Below are positions 35,232 through 44,160 of a DNA stretch of 64,000 bases, piece after piece; positions within the stretch are counted from its first letter, which is position 1, and every line of letters begins with the position of its first letter. A program made the translations under genes and the position numbers. Source of the stretch: Chloroflexia bacterium (GTDB lineage: Bacteria > Chloroflexota > Chloroflexia > QHBQ01 > JADMIH01); contig DASWMJ010000053.1 in the NCBI GenBank assembly GCA_036399775.1, positions 94,069 through 158,068 of the forward strand, read 5' to 3'. The notes beneath the pieces are model-generated. The model had not been told where the DNA came from. It saw only the letters and a list, made by a program, of their open reading frames with translations, and did no database searches.

Positions 35232-36538
35232 TGAAAATGAATCTTCGACATATACAGTTGATATTGAAGCGGGAATACTTGCAGCGCATAAAGAGTCCGG
35301 GGTTTATCATCGGCACGATCCTGGGCGTGGTGGGTATCGTCGCGCTGGGCTTCCTGCCTACGCTGCTTGGGCTGCTCGACCAGCAGAGCACGTTGAAGGT
35401 GGCGGTGGTTGACCCTCGTAACCTGATATACCGCTATCTGCCGGAGAATACGGGGCCGGAGCCTACGGTCGCGCCCGGCAATGGACTGCCGCAATCTACC
35501 CTGCCCCTCTCGTCAGGAATAAAGTTCAGCAAGGCCGATACGGCGGACCTGACGGTGTTGAGCGAGCGAGTCCGGAAAGAGGAGATAGACGCTTACGTGA
35601 CTGTTGAAGGGTCGCGGGCGGTAGATGTCTCATTCGTCTATCATGGCAAAGACCGGCCCGGCGCGACTGCTTCTGCCCGGCTACTTGCGCTCCTGGGAGG
35701 GGCGGCTACGCAGGCCAAGCTTGAGGAGAGTGGCATCACACAGCAGCAGGCAGCATCGCTCTTCGCCACGCCCGCCTTCACAGTCGAGCCGATTGTCGAG
35801 GGCAGCCTCAAAGACGAAGAGGCATATTTCCAGTCGGCGGCCCTGGTTTACATATTGCTGGTGCTGCTGTACACAACGATGCTCATGTACGGCGTGCAGG
35901 TGGCGATGGGCGTGGTGGAAGAGAAGAGCAGCCGCGTGATGGAGATGCTTATCACAGCCGTCCGGCCCATTGAGTTGATGATAGGCAAGGTACTGGGCGT
36001 GGGACTGGTCGGCCTCACGCAGTACGCGCTATGGGTTGGAATGGGTGGCCTGCTGCTGGTGGCGAGCGGGGCGTTAGGAAGGGCCTCTGCGGGCGCGGGC
36101 TTCGACGTTGCCACCGTGCCCGCTACCACTCTCATATTCTTCCTGGTTTTCTTCGTGCTGGGCTACCTGCTCTACGCGGCTATCTACGCGGCTCTAGGCT
36201 CGCTCGTACACCGCACGGAGGACATCAACGGCATCACCACGCCCGTTACCATAATCATGGTTGCCACTTACCTGCTCTCGATATGGGCGCTTGGCAACCC
36301 GGAGTCCGACCTGGTGAAGTGGCTGTCATTCGTGCCCTTCCTCACGCCGATGCTCATGTTCATCCGGGTGGCGTTGAGCGACCCTGCGTGGTGGGAGCTT
36401 GCGCTGGGCGTTGTGCTGTTGGCAGGGACGAGCTTCCTGCTGGCCTGGTTAGCCGCCAAGATATATCGCGTGGGTGTACTGCTCTACGGCAAGAGGCCAT
36501 CCTTCCGCGAGATAGGGCGGCTGCTCAGGACTACGTAA
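35231..36538 (+). CDS. ABC-2 type transporter permease (NatB-like)
   Basis: The start overlaps the ATPase stop. An N-terminal TM helix and large extracytoplasmic loop are followed by 5 C-terminal TM helices. Confidence 0.75.
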   Translation: MKMNLRHIQLILKREYLQRIKSPGFIIGTILGVVGIVALGFLPTLLGLLDQQSTLKVAVVDPRNLIYRYLPENTGPEPTVAPGNGLPQSTLPLSSGIKFSKADTADLTVLSERVRKEEIDAYVTVEGSRAVDVSFVYHGKDRPGATASARLLALLGGAATQAKLEESGITQQQAASLFATPAFTVEPIVEGSLKDEEAYFQSAALVYILLVLLYTTMLMYGVQVAMGVVEEKSSRVMEMLITAVRPIELMIGKVLGVGLVGLTQYALWVGMGGLLLVASGALGRASAGAGFDVATVPATTLIFFLVFFVLGYLLYAAIYAALGSLVHRTEDINGITTPVTIIMVATYLLSIWALGNPESDLVKWLSFVPFLTPMLMFIRVALSDPAWWELALGVVLLAGTSFLLAWLAAKIYRVGVLLYGKRPSFREIGRLLRTT

Positions 36539-36541
36539 CTC

Positions 36542-38200
36542 TTACGGTATAGCGCGGTTGACCCACTCTAACGGGTCAACAGGGGGGCCGCTGACGTGGA
36601 GTTCCCAGTGGAGATGCGGGCCTGTCGAGAGTCCGGTGCTTCCCACCTGGGAGACGATTTCCCCCTTCTGGACAAACTGGCCTACGGTGGCGATCAGCTT
36701 CGAGTTGTGGGCGAACAGAGAATAGACGCCCAGGCCGTGATCTATAACGATGACGTTACCCCGCACCGCCAGCTTCTCGGCAAGCACCACTTTGCCTGCT
36801 GCCGGTGCGCGGACGGGCGTGCCCAATGAAGCTCCCATGTCCAGGCCCCCGTGATAGGTGGTGGGGTGCGAACCGTCGGGGCAATCGTAGCAGCGTCGGG
36901 TGGCGAAGACCGAAGTGATACGTATCTTGCCGTCCAGGGGCATGGAGAAGGGGCTAACCCAATACTGCTCCGGCGTGCGGCCCCCGAAGATGGTGGCGAG
37001 CACTTCCCTCTCCCTGGTAGTTAGCGCAGGGTCTAGCAGGGCTGTGGTCTCGGGGTCGAACCTGAGCACTTCGGAGGGAAAAGGAAATTTGGTAATTTCC
37101 AGGGTGCGCGTGACCGTGTTGCTTCCCCCGTCGCTGCTTTGCAGGTTGATGGTAATGGGTCGTGGGCCTGTATCTCCGAAAGGCACCGCGCCCAAGAGCG
37201 CCCAGGCGACTCCTCGTTGAGCGTCCTGCGTAAAGTAAAGATTATTCCCCTGGTAAGAGCCTGTGACGGTCACGCCAGCAGACGCGGCGACTTCGACTAT
37301 GGTGGTGTGCCCCTCGGCTACACGCGGCGGGTTGAAGCGCACCATCGTGCCCATTGGGACGTTGAAGCGCGCCGCCTTGAGGGCCATATACCCCATCGGT
37401 GAGACCTGCACCGCGTAGGGCGTGCCCTCCAGCTTGCTGTGGTACTCGAAGCGCGCCCGCTCGAAATACTGCACGGTCACGCCATCTTCGCCCATCTCCT
37501 CACTGAGTGGGTAGCCGAAGGTAGCCAGGCCGCCGTTGGCCTTCCAGTAGTTGAGGAAGCCGCTTGAGAGTGTATGCCCGGTCTCAGGGAAGTAGAGGCG
37601 GGTCTGCGTCGATGGGAGCTTGGGCAGGCGGTCGAAGGTGCGCCCGCTCAGGATGGCGGGAGTCAGCACGCCTAGCTGCACGCGCTTGCCCTGCGGCAAT
37701 TCAGGGTGCCACTCCATCCGGGCGCGCTCAAAATATTGCACGCGGAAGATCGCGCCGTCCGGGAATTGCTGGGGGAAATCCTCTGTGAGCGGCAGGCCGA
37801 ATAATTCGGCCCCGCGTGGGGTGTCCAGGTAGTAGCTAAGGAACTCGCCTGAGACGTAATGCCTCGTGTCGGGGAAGTAACGGGTGCCCGGCTCCGGCCT
37901 GCTGGGAGGCGGCTGAGGGGCCACAGGGTCGCCGGTGTAAGGTTGCAAGCGCGCAGCCTGCGGGACCTGTGTGGGCTGGGGTGTAGGGGCGAGCGTTCGT
38001 TCCGCCAGGGCGGTAGCGGATAATACCGTCGTGGATGCGCCTGTCTGTTGCGTGCCGGTATCTACGCGGGCCGTAGTAGGCATGTTGGCCGCTAGCAACG
38101 CCACGATGATGAGCGTCACCAAGAGGGCCGTTGCGCTCAACGCTAGCGCGCTGAACCTCACCGGCCATTTTTGAGGGGCGCGAGAGCGACGGGGCACCAA
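36542..38200 (-). CDS. M23 family metallopeptidase with two LGFP-like (YFERARFE) repeats
   Basis: The C-terminus reads GGLDMGASLGTPVRAPAAGKVV ... GPHLHWELHV. The N-terminus has a signal anchor and two FP(D/E)T.H.....FL.YW...GG...FG.P..E.......VQYFERAR.E.H modules. Confidence 0.8.
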   Translation of the reverse strand: MVPRRSRAPQKWPVRFSALALSATALLVTLIIVALLAANMPTTARVDTGTQQTGASTTVLSATALAERTLAPTPQPTQVPQAARLQPYTGDPVAPQPPPSRPEPGTRYFPDTRHYVSGEFLSYYLDTPRGAELFGLPLTEDFPQQFPDGAIFRVQYFERARMEWHPELPQGKRVQLGVLTPAILSGRTFDRLPKLPSTQTRLYFPETGHTLSSGFLNYWKANGGLATFGYPLSEEMGEDGVTVQYFERARFEYHSKLEGTPYAVQVSPMGYMALKAARFNVPMGTMVRFNPPRVAEGHTTIVEVAASAGVTVTGSYQGNNLYFTQDAQRGVAWALLGAVPFGDTGPRPITINLQSSDGGSNTVTRTLEITKFPFPSEVLRFDPETTALLDPALTTREREVLATIFGGRTPEQYWVSPFSMPLDGKIRITSVFATRRCYDCPDGSHPTTYHGGLDMGASLGTPVRAPAAGKVVLAEKLAVRGNVIVIDHGLGVYSLFAHNSKLIATVGQFVQKGEIVSQVGSTGLSTGPHLHWELHVSGPPVDPLEWVNRAIP

Positions 38201-38257
38201 GACAACACACTCCAGATAGTAACAGGCAGAACTCCCAAACGCTAAATTATACCATAA

Positions 38258-38287
38258 GGGGCCAGGGGTCAGGGACTAGGGATCAGG
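38258..38287. repeat. CAGGGAY-family heptad tract
   Basis: ggggcca ggggtca gggacta gggatca gg. Confidence 0.8.
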
Positions 38288-38420
38288 CTCCACGCCCAAC
38301 ACCTATCCCTGGATAGACAGCAGACCACTAATAGTGCATAATAGCGTCCGGGACATTAAGTAGCCATTTACGTTGCGCTATGCATTGCTCTTTCTTACTC
38401 ATTGGCGAAAGAAGACTTAG

Positions 38421-40847
38421 ATGTTTCAACCGGAAGTCAATCAAGAGCTTACCATCGATGGCGTGGTCTACCGCGTTGGGGAACACCCTTCCGCGCCTGG
38501 CATGCCTTACGGGCAGGAGGGCAGGGCTGCGGTGGTGTACCGGCTCGACGGCGAGGGCCAGAGGCGCGCGCTCAAAGTCTTCAGGCCGCGCTTCCGCGTG
38601 CCTGGCCTGGTAGGTCTCGCCCGCCGGTTGGAACCCTTCGCGGAGTTGCCTGGTTTACAAGTTTGCCGCCGTATTGTGCTTACCTCGCAACGCCAATCCG
38701 CTCTACTGCGTGAGCATACTGATCTCAGCTACGCTGTGCTGATGCCCTGGGTGGAAGGACCTACATGGCTGGAAGTGATGATAACCGCGCGGGCCTTATC
38801 TCCTGAAGAAAGCCTCATCCTGGCTCGTGCACTCGCGAGCACCCTGGCGAGTATGGAGCAAGAGAGCCTGGCGCACTGCGATCTGTCGGGCGCTAATTTG
38901 CTTATACCCATGCTCGCTCCTAACTATAGCATCGAGCGCTCCCCTATAGAGTTGGTGGATGTCGAACAGGTCTATGGGCCTGACATGCGGCGGCCCGAAT
39001 ACGTGCCGAGCGGCTCGATGGGTTACGCACATAAGACGGCAGACGAAGGGTTATGGTCGGCGGAGGCCGACCGCTTCGCCGGGGCTGTGCTCCTGGCTGA
39101 GATATTGGGCTGGTGTGACGAGCGTGCGCGAAGTGCGGCCTGGGGTGAGAGCTATTTTGAGCCGCGAGAGCTACAACACGATTCCGCGCGTTACGAGGTG
39201 TTGGTGGCTGTGTTGCGCGAGCGGTGGGGAGATAGCGTGGCGCGGCTATTCGAGCGGGCGTGGAGCAGAGAGATACTGGCCGATTGCCCTACGTTTGACG
39301 AGTGGGTGCTTGTATTGCCCGAGAGCGTGCCAGCGTCTGTACCAACCAGGGTACGGCCCCCGCTAGCGCCCGTCCAGCATGTAGCCGAGGCTACCCGGGC
39401 CAGTGCGCTACCGGCTGATGCATATCGTGTGGAAGTTCACACTCAGCCGATAATAATAGAGCAGGTGGAGGACCAGCAGGGCGAATTAGATCGGCTTTTT
39501 GACGATGGCCTGGCTGCTTACAAGCGTGGTGAGTGGGCGGAAGCACGGGAATTGCTGTCTGAGGTCGCGCGCAGGCAGCCCGTCTATGAGAGGGATGGTC
39601 AGGCGGCTGGCCGGTTGTTAGTGGACACGGAAAAGCGCCTGGTTGCCTCTCGCCAACCAATTACAACGCCACCCCTCCCGGTTACCCCAATACCAAAATC
39701 TGCTGCTATTCAAACGACCACAAAAAGAAGCTTTCCTGTAGTGCCTGTGGTCCTGGTGCTGGCTATTATGTTGCTCGCTGGGGTAGCCTTGTTCTTGAGC
39801 CAATCGAACCAGCCTGGCCCCGGTGTTGCTGCCGGAACGTCTACTCCTTTGGCAACCGCGCTGGCTGTCCTGCCTACGAGTACGTCTGAGGTCACATCAG
39901 GACCGAATGACGTGACACAGACACCAATTCCTATATCCCCGGAAAACATCTCACGTTTGAAGATTATGCAGACGTTTACTGAAACTGATGAAGTGCATAC
40001 CATCGCGTTCTCCCCGAATGGCAGGGTGCTTGCATATGGAGGGAAGGATAGAGTGGTACGCTTGCGGAGCGTGCCGGATGGGGCTGAGTTATACGTTCTA
40101 AAGGGGCACAAGGACACTGTTGAAAGCATAGCTTTTTCCCAAGACGGAAATATGATTGCCTCCGGATCGTGGGACCATACCATAAAGCTGTGGAGTTTAG
40201 AAGACGGCACGCTCTTGCGTACTCTTTCGGGCCATAAAGAAAGCGTAGACAGCATAGCCCTATCGCCTGACGGGGAGTTAGTGGCTTCAACGTCTTCGGA
40301 TGGGACGGTGAAGATCTGGAACGTGGCGAGTGGGAAGCCCATAGGGACCCTCGAAGGCAATGAAAAGAACGTCACTAGCCTGGCCTTTTCTCCCGGCGGG
40401 GAGATGCTAGCGGGAGGGTCGGTAGACCACTCTGTAGTGCTATGGAGCATGCCGGGTGGCAAGTTGAAGGGACGCTACCGGGGCAGCCAGGAAAGCTATG
40501 TGACCAGTGTAGCATTCTCTGCTGGCGGCAAGAGGCTTGCGTCAGGGTCGTTTGATGGCATCGTGCAATTATGGGACCCAAACGATAATATGAAGAGCGC
40601 CGGTAGAACCTTCCCGTCTGAGAGCGCCGTGATTGACGTGGCATTCTCGCCTGATGGGCTGATAATTGCCACAGCCTTATCAGACAATTCGGTCGGACTG
40701 TGGGGCGCAAGTGACCTGAGCGGGTTGGGCACCCTTAGCGGCCATACCGACCAGGTTTGGAGCGTGGCCTTCTCTCCAGATGGCTACTATATCGCTTCAG
40801 GGTCGCTCGACAATACAGTCCAATTGTGGGGTGTCACCGGGCCGTAG
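38421..40847 (+). CDS. atypical Ser/Thr protein kinase-like domain + TM helix + WD40 beta-propeller
   Basis: HCDLSGANLL is the catalytic-loop analogue and ALKVF the Lys motif. A TM helix (VVPVVLVLAIMLLAGVALFL) is followed by about 7 WD40 repeats (GHKDTVESIAFSQDGNMIASGSWDHTIKLWS and others). Confidence 0.8.
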   Translation: MFQPEVNQELTIDGVVYRVGEHPSAPGMPYGQEGRAAVVYRLDGEGQRRALKVFRPRFRVPGLVGLARRLEPFAELPGLQVCRRIVLTSQRQSALLREHTDLSYAVLMPWVEGPTWLEVMITARALSPEESLILARALASTLASMEQESLAHCDLSGANLLIPMLAPNYSIERSPIELVDVEQVYGPDMRRPEYVPSGSMGYAHKTADEGLWSAEADRFAGAVLLAEILGWCDERARSAAWGESYFEPRELQHDSARYEVLVAVLRERWGDSVARLFERAWSREILADCPTFDEWVLVLPESVPASVPTRVRPPLAPVQHVAEATRASALPADAYRVEVHTQPIIIEQVEDQQGELDRLFDDGLAAYKRGEWAEARELLSEVARRQPVYERDGQAAGRLLVDTEKRLVASRQPITTPPLPVTPIPKSAAIQTTTKRSFPVVPVVLVLAIMLLAGVALFLSQSNQPGPGVAAGTSTPLATALAVLPTSTSEVTSGPNDVTQTPIPISPENISRLKIMQTFTETDEVHTIAFSPNGRVLAYGGKDRVVRLRSVPDGAELYVLKGHKDTVESIAFSQDGNMIASGSWDHTIKLWSLEDGTLLRTLSGHKESVDSIALSPDGELVASTSSDGTVKIWNVASGKPIGTLEGNEKNVTSLAFSPGGEMLAGGSVDHSVVLWSMPGGKLKGRYRGSQESYVTSVAFSAGGKRLASGSFDGIVQLWDPNDNMKSAGRTFPSESAVIDVAFSPDGLIIATALSDNSVGLWGASDLSGLGTLSGHTDQVWSVAFSPDGYYIASGSLDNTVQLWGVTGP

Positions 40848-41080
40848 GGGTCAGGTGATGGGTGATGGGGATAGAGCCTGATCCTTGACGTAGGGCTGTG
40901 TCAAAGTCGCGCCTCCTTCTTGTACAGCCCAAGCGAACGGAAGTTTTTTTGAGTTTATGAGGAAAATTGTCGGCGAAGCCGACAATTTTCCTCATAAACT
41001 CAACCTCTTTTTCTATTTGGTAAGGCGTTTTGGCGACTTTGACACAGCTCTAACCCCTGACCCCTGGTCCCTAACCCTCC
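40846..41080. repeat. three-layer nested palindrome (MITE-like)
   Basis: The outer layer is heptad tracts at 40846-40872 and 41051-41080. The middle layer is a perfect 16-bp inverted repeat gctgtgtcaaagtcgc (40895-40910 / 41033-41048). The inner layer is a perfect 24-bp stem (40951-40974 / 40978-41001). Confidence 0.85.
40951..41001 (+). terminator. 24-bp perfect stem, GAA loop; probable terminator of the kinase-WD40 gene
   Basis: gagtttatgaggaaaattgtcggc-gaa-gccgacaattttcctcataaactc. A T7 run lies upstream and a ctcttttt run 5 nt downstream. Confidence 0.55.
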
Positions 41081-41135
41081 GTTGTGATACAATGGCGCAG
41101 CCATTCTGGAGGGTGGCCGATTAGGATTCTTACCC

Positions 41136-42215
41136 ATGAGAGGAAACCAAGTGACGCATTCAGACACAGGCAAGGCCGCGATCATAGACCAACCCGCGGA
41201 TAGCGCTGATTGGGAGATACGCCCCTATAGAGAGGGCGACCTTCCTGCTATCGTGGCTCTTATCAATATGGTAAACACCACTTATAAGCTGAACCTGGTT
41301 ACGACCGAGGAGAACTTGCGCCGCGATTTCGAGAGTCCGCGCTCCGACCCTGCCCGGCAAGTACTCATAGTAGAGGGGCCGAGGCGCGAGGGCGTGCCTG
41401 GCGGCACGATACTGGGTTGTGGGCGCATCACATACGACGACGTTGCTGAGACCAGCGAGCGCATTTACTACCCCCGCGTGGTGGTCCACCCTTCTGTAGA
41501 GAGGCAGGGCCTTGAGAGGGAGATAGCGCGCCGCTTGATAGAGATAGCGCGTGAATACGAAGCAGACCCGACCTTCCCACACATGGAGAAAGTATGGCTG
41601 AAGGCCTATACACGCGAGGAGCTTGTGCCCGTGTGTGAGCTATGGGGAGCGGCGGGCATGAAGGAGGTCCGGCACTTCTGGGTGATGGCACGTCCCCTGG
41701 ACATGCCTGTGGACGAGCCGCAGCTAATCGAAGGGGTGAATATACGCACATACAAGAGGCCCGAAGACAACGAGCGCGCGAAGGCGGCCTTCGAGAATTC
41801 CTTCTCGGACCACTGGGACCACCACCCCATCACCCAGGAAGATTGGGACTACTGGACCAATACGCCCAACACGCGACCCGACCTCTCATGGCTGGCCGAA
41901 GTGGAAGGCGAGCCGGGAGCTATCGGAGGCTTCTGCATCATCTCGATCTCTGATGAAGAGAACAGGCTCAAGCGTGTGCGCGAGGGTTGGATCGAATTGC
42001 TCGGCACGACAGCCGAGTGGCGGCGCAAAGGGCTGGGCCGCGCCCTGCTGCTGCACGGCCTCCATTCGCTCAGGAGCGCGGGTATCGAGGTAGCTTTATT
42101 GGGCGTCGACTCGCAAAGCCTGACGGGTGCCAATCGCCTGTACGAGTCGGTAGGCTTCCGCCTCCGCAGCCGCGAACTCCAACAAGAATGCATGTTGGAC
42201 GAAATCAAATTATGA
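41136..42215 (+). CDS. tandem GNAT-domain N-acetyltransferase
   Basis: Two acetyltransferase-like halves. The second has the RRKGLGRALLLHGL acetyl-CoA-binding motif (R/Q-x-x-G-x-G/A). Confidence 0.7.
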   Translation: MRGNQVTHSDTGKAAIIDQPADSADWEIRPYREGDLPAIVALINMVNTTYKLNLVTTEENLRRDFESPRSDPARQVLIVEGPRREGVPGGTILGCGRITYDDVAETSERIYYPRVVVHPSVERQGLEREIARRLIEIAREYEADPTFPHMEKVWLKAYTREELVPVCELWGAAGMKEVRHFWVMARPLDMPVDEPQLIEGVNIRTYKRPEDNERAKAAFENSFSDHWDHHPITQEDWDYWTNTPNTRPDLSWLAEVEGEPGAIGGFCIISISDEENRLKRVREGWIELLGTTAEWRRKGLGRALLLHGLHSLRSAGIEVALLGVDSQSLTGANRLYESVGFRLRSRELQQECMLDEIKL

Positions 42216-42305
42216 ATTACTAATTACTAATTACGAATTATGGATTAGCTCGTTCCTAGCTGGTTTATTTCGCAGGGTAATTCGCAATTAGTAATTCGTA
42301 ATTCC
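42214..42305. repeat. AATTACN-heptad imperfect hairpin between GNAT and hutU
   Basis: Arms are gaattactaattactaattacgaattatgg and gggtaattcgcaattagtaattcgtaattcc, complementary apart from 2 internal mismatches over 27 nt and unpaired 3-nt ends. The left arm begins inside the GNAT stop codon. Confidence 0.8.
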
Positions 42306-42319
42306 CGCAGGGGGTTGCT

Positions 42320-43984
42320 ATGGAGACTATGACTACTATTCGTGCTCCGCGTGGGAGCGCTCTCCAATGCAAGGGGTGGCTGCAAGAAGCGGCGCTCAGG
42401 ATGTTGATGAACAACCTTGACCCTGACGTTGCCGAGCGCCCGCAAGATCTGGTGGTGTACGGCGGGAGCGGGAAGGCTGCTCGCGACTGGCCCTCTCTGA
42501 TGAAGATCATGGAGTGCCTGCGCTCCCTGGAGAACGATGAGACGCTCCTGGTGCAGAGCGGCAAGCCTGTGGGCGTCTTCCGCACCACCCCGGACGCGCC
42601 TCGCGTGCTGCTGGCGAACTCCAACCTCGTGCCCCACTGGGCTACGCGCGAGGTCTTTTCCAGGTTGGAAGCGCAGGGCCTCATCATGTACGGCCAGATG
42701 ACGGCGGGTAGCTGGATTTACATAGGCTCGCAGGGCATCTTGCAGGGCACCTACGAGACGTTCGGGCAGGCGGCGCGCAAGCACTACGGGCCGGACGCTA
42801 CGCTGGCCGGTAAGCTCGTGCTGACGGCAGGCCTGGGCGGCATGGGCGGCGCGCAACCCCTGGCAGTGACCATGAACGGCGGCGTCGCCATCGTGGTCGA
42901 GGTAGACCCGACGCGCATCCAGAGGCGGCTTGATACCGCTTACCTCGATACCGCGACCGACAACCTCGACGATGCGCTTGCTCTCGCGGACGATGCTACC
43001 AGGGAGCGCAGGCCCCTCTCCATAGGGCTGCTGGGCAACGCGGCAGCTATTTATCCTGAGATGGTGCGCCGGGGCAGGGTGCCCGACATGGTCACAGACC
43101 AGACATCGGCGCACGACCCCCTCAACGGCTACGTGCCTTTGGGCCTGGACGTGGAGGGCGCGGCCACGCTCAGGGCAAGCGACCCCGACGAATACGTAAG
43201 GCGCGCGTATGAAGCGATGGCGACGCACGTTCGGGCCATGCTCGACTTGCAGCGCATAGGCGCGGTCGTGTTCGACTACGGCAACAATATCCGCCAGCAG
43301 GCTTTCGGCCAGGGCGTGGAAGACGCCTTCGCGTTCCCAGGCTTCGTGCCCGCCTATATCCGCCCTCTCTTCTGTGAGGGGAAAGGGCCGTTCAGGTGGG
43401 CGGCGCTCTCTGGCGACCCGCAGGACATCTACAAGATAGACGACAAGGTATTACGCGAGTTCGCGAGTAACGCCTCTGTGGTGCGCTGGATAGAGCTGGC
43501 GCGGCAGAAAGTCAAGTTCCAGGGATTGCCTGCACGCATCTGCTGGCTCGGTTACGGCGAGAGAGCGCACTTCGGGCAGATCGTCAACGAGATGGTACGC
43601 ACCGGGGAAGTGAGCGCGCCCATAGTGATAGGCAGGGACCACCTCGACACGGGCAGCGTGGCCTCGCCCAACCGCGAGACAGAGGCGATGAAGGACGGCA
43701 GCGACGCCATAGCAGACTGGCCCATCCTCAACGCGCTCATCAACGCCGTAGGTGGGGCGACCTGGGTGTCGGTGCATCACGGGGGCGGCGTAGGGATAGG
43801 CTTCAGCATCCACGCCGGTCAGGTGATAGTAGCCGACGGCACGCCCGAAGCCGCAGCCCGCCTACAGCGCGTCCTGACCACCGACCCGGGCATGGGCATC
43901 ATCCGCCACGCCGACGCAGGCTATGACGAAGCGATAGAGGCCGCCCAGCGGTTCGATATTCGCGTGCCGATGCGGGAAGGGTAA
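42320..43984 (+). CDS. hutU: urocanate hydratase
   Basis: 554 aa. [43 protein letters not shown] and [10 protein letters not shown] are characteristic of urocanase. Confidence 0.9.
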   Translation: METMTTIRAPRGSALQCKGWLQEAALRMLMNNLDPDVAERPQDLVVYGGSGKAARDWPSLMKIMECLRSLENDETLLVQSGKPVGVFRTTPDAPRVLLANSNLVPHWATREVFSRLEAQGLIMYGQMTAGSWIYIGSQGILQGTYETFGQAARKHYGPDATLAGKLVLTAGLGGMGGAQPLAVTMNGGVAIVVEVDPTRIQRRLDTAYLDTATDNLDDALALADDATRERRPLSIGLLGNAAAIYPEMVRRGRVPDMVTDQTSAHDPLNGYVPLGLDVEGAATLRASDPDEYVRRAYEAMATHVRAMLDLQRIGAVVFDYGNNIRQQAFGQGVEDAFAFPGFVPAYIRPLFCEGKGPFRWAALSGDPQDIYKIDDKVLREFASNASVVRWIELARQKVKFQGLPARICWLGYGERAHFGQIVNEMVRTGEVSAPIVIGRDHLDTGSVASPNRETEAMKDGSDAIADWPILNALINAVGGATWVSVHHGGGVGIGFSIHAGQVIVADGTPEAAARLQRVLTTDPGMGIIRHADAGYDEAIEAAQRFDIRVPMREG

Positions 43985-44144
43985 AACGTATTGCGTAGCT
44001 CGTATTGCGTAAAACGCGAAACGTGAAACGTAATTCGTAATTACCCAATAACTCTGCGCCTCCGCACCTCTGCGGTTCTTTTCACGTTATCTTGGCGAAC
44101 TCTGTGCTCTTGTGCCTTTGTGGTTCAATAATTACGTTTCACGC
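43983..44144. repeat. composite palindromic element, copy 2
   Basis: Left arm is cgcgaaacgtgaaacgtaattcgtaattaccc. B-box is ctctgcgcctccgcacctctgcggtt. C-box is cttggcgaactctgtgctcttgtgcctttgtggtt. Right arm is aattacgtttcacgc. Confidence 0.85.
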
Positions 44145-44160
44145 AAAGGAGATTGTTGGC

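Noticed and set aside
33125-42215. Possible mycothiol/bacillithiol-type pathway from the PIG-L deacetylase (33125-33967) and the tandem-GNAT protein (41136-42215, MshD-like architecture).
   Set aside because: The genes are 7 kb apart in different transcription units. No glycosyltransferase or ligase is present, and both families are functionally very broad, so I cannot support a pathway call.
42245-43228. Long antisense ORFs in the track, including this 327-aa one opposite hutU. Others are 61441-62433 opposite serA, 58091-59086 opposite the cyclophilins, 34134-34844 opposite the ABC ATPase, 17040-17963 and 11518-12177 opposite the regulators, 2237-3073, 44125-44736, 14523-15215 and 15085-15885.
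   Set aside because: They lie opposite genes with clear family motifs. They have Arg/Pro/Ala-rich low-complexity translations typical of shadow ORFs in high-GC DNA, and no start-site signals.
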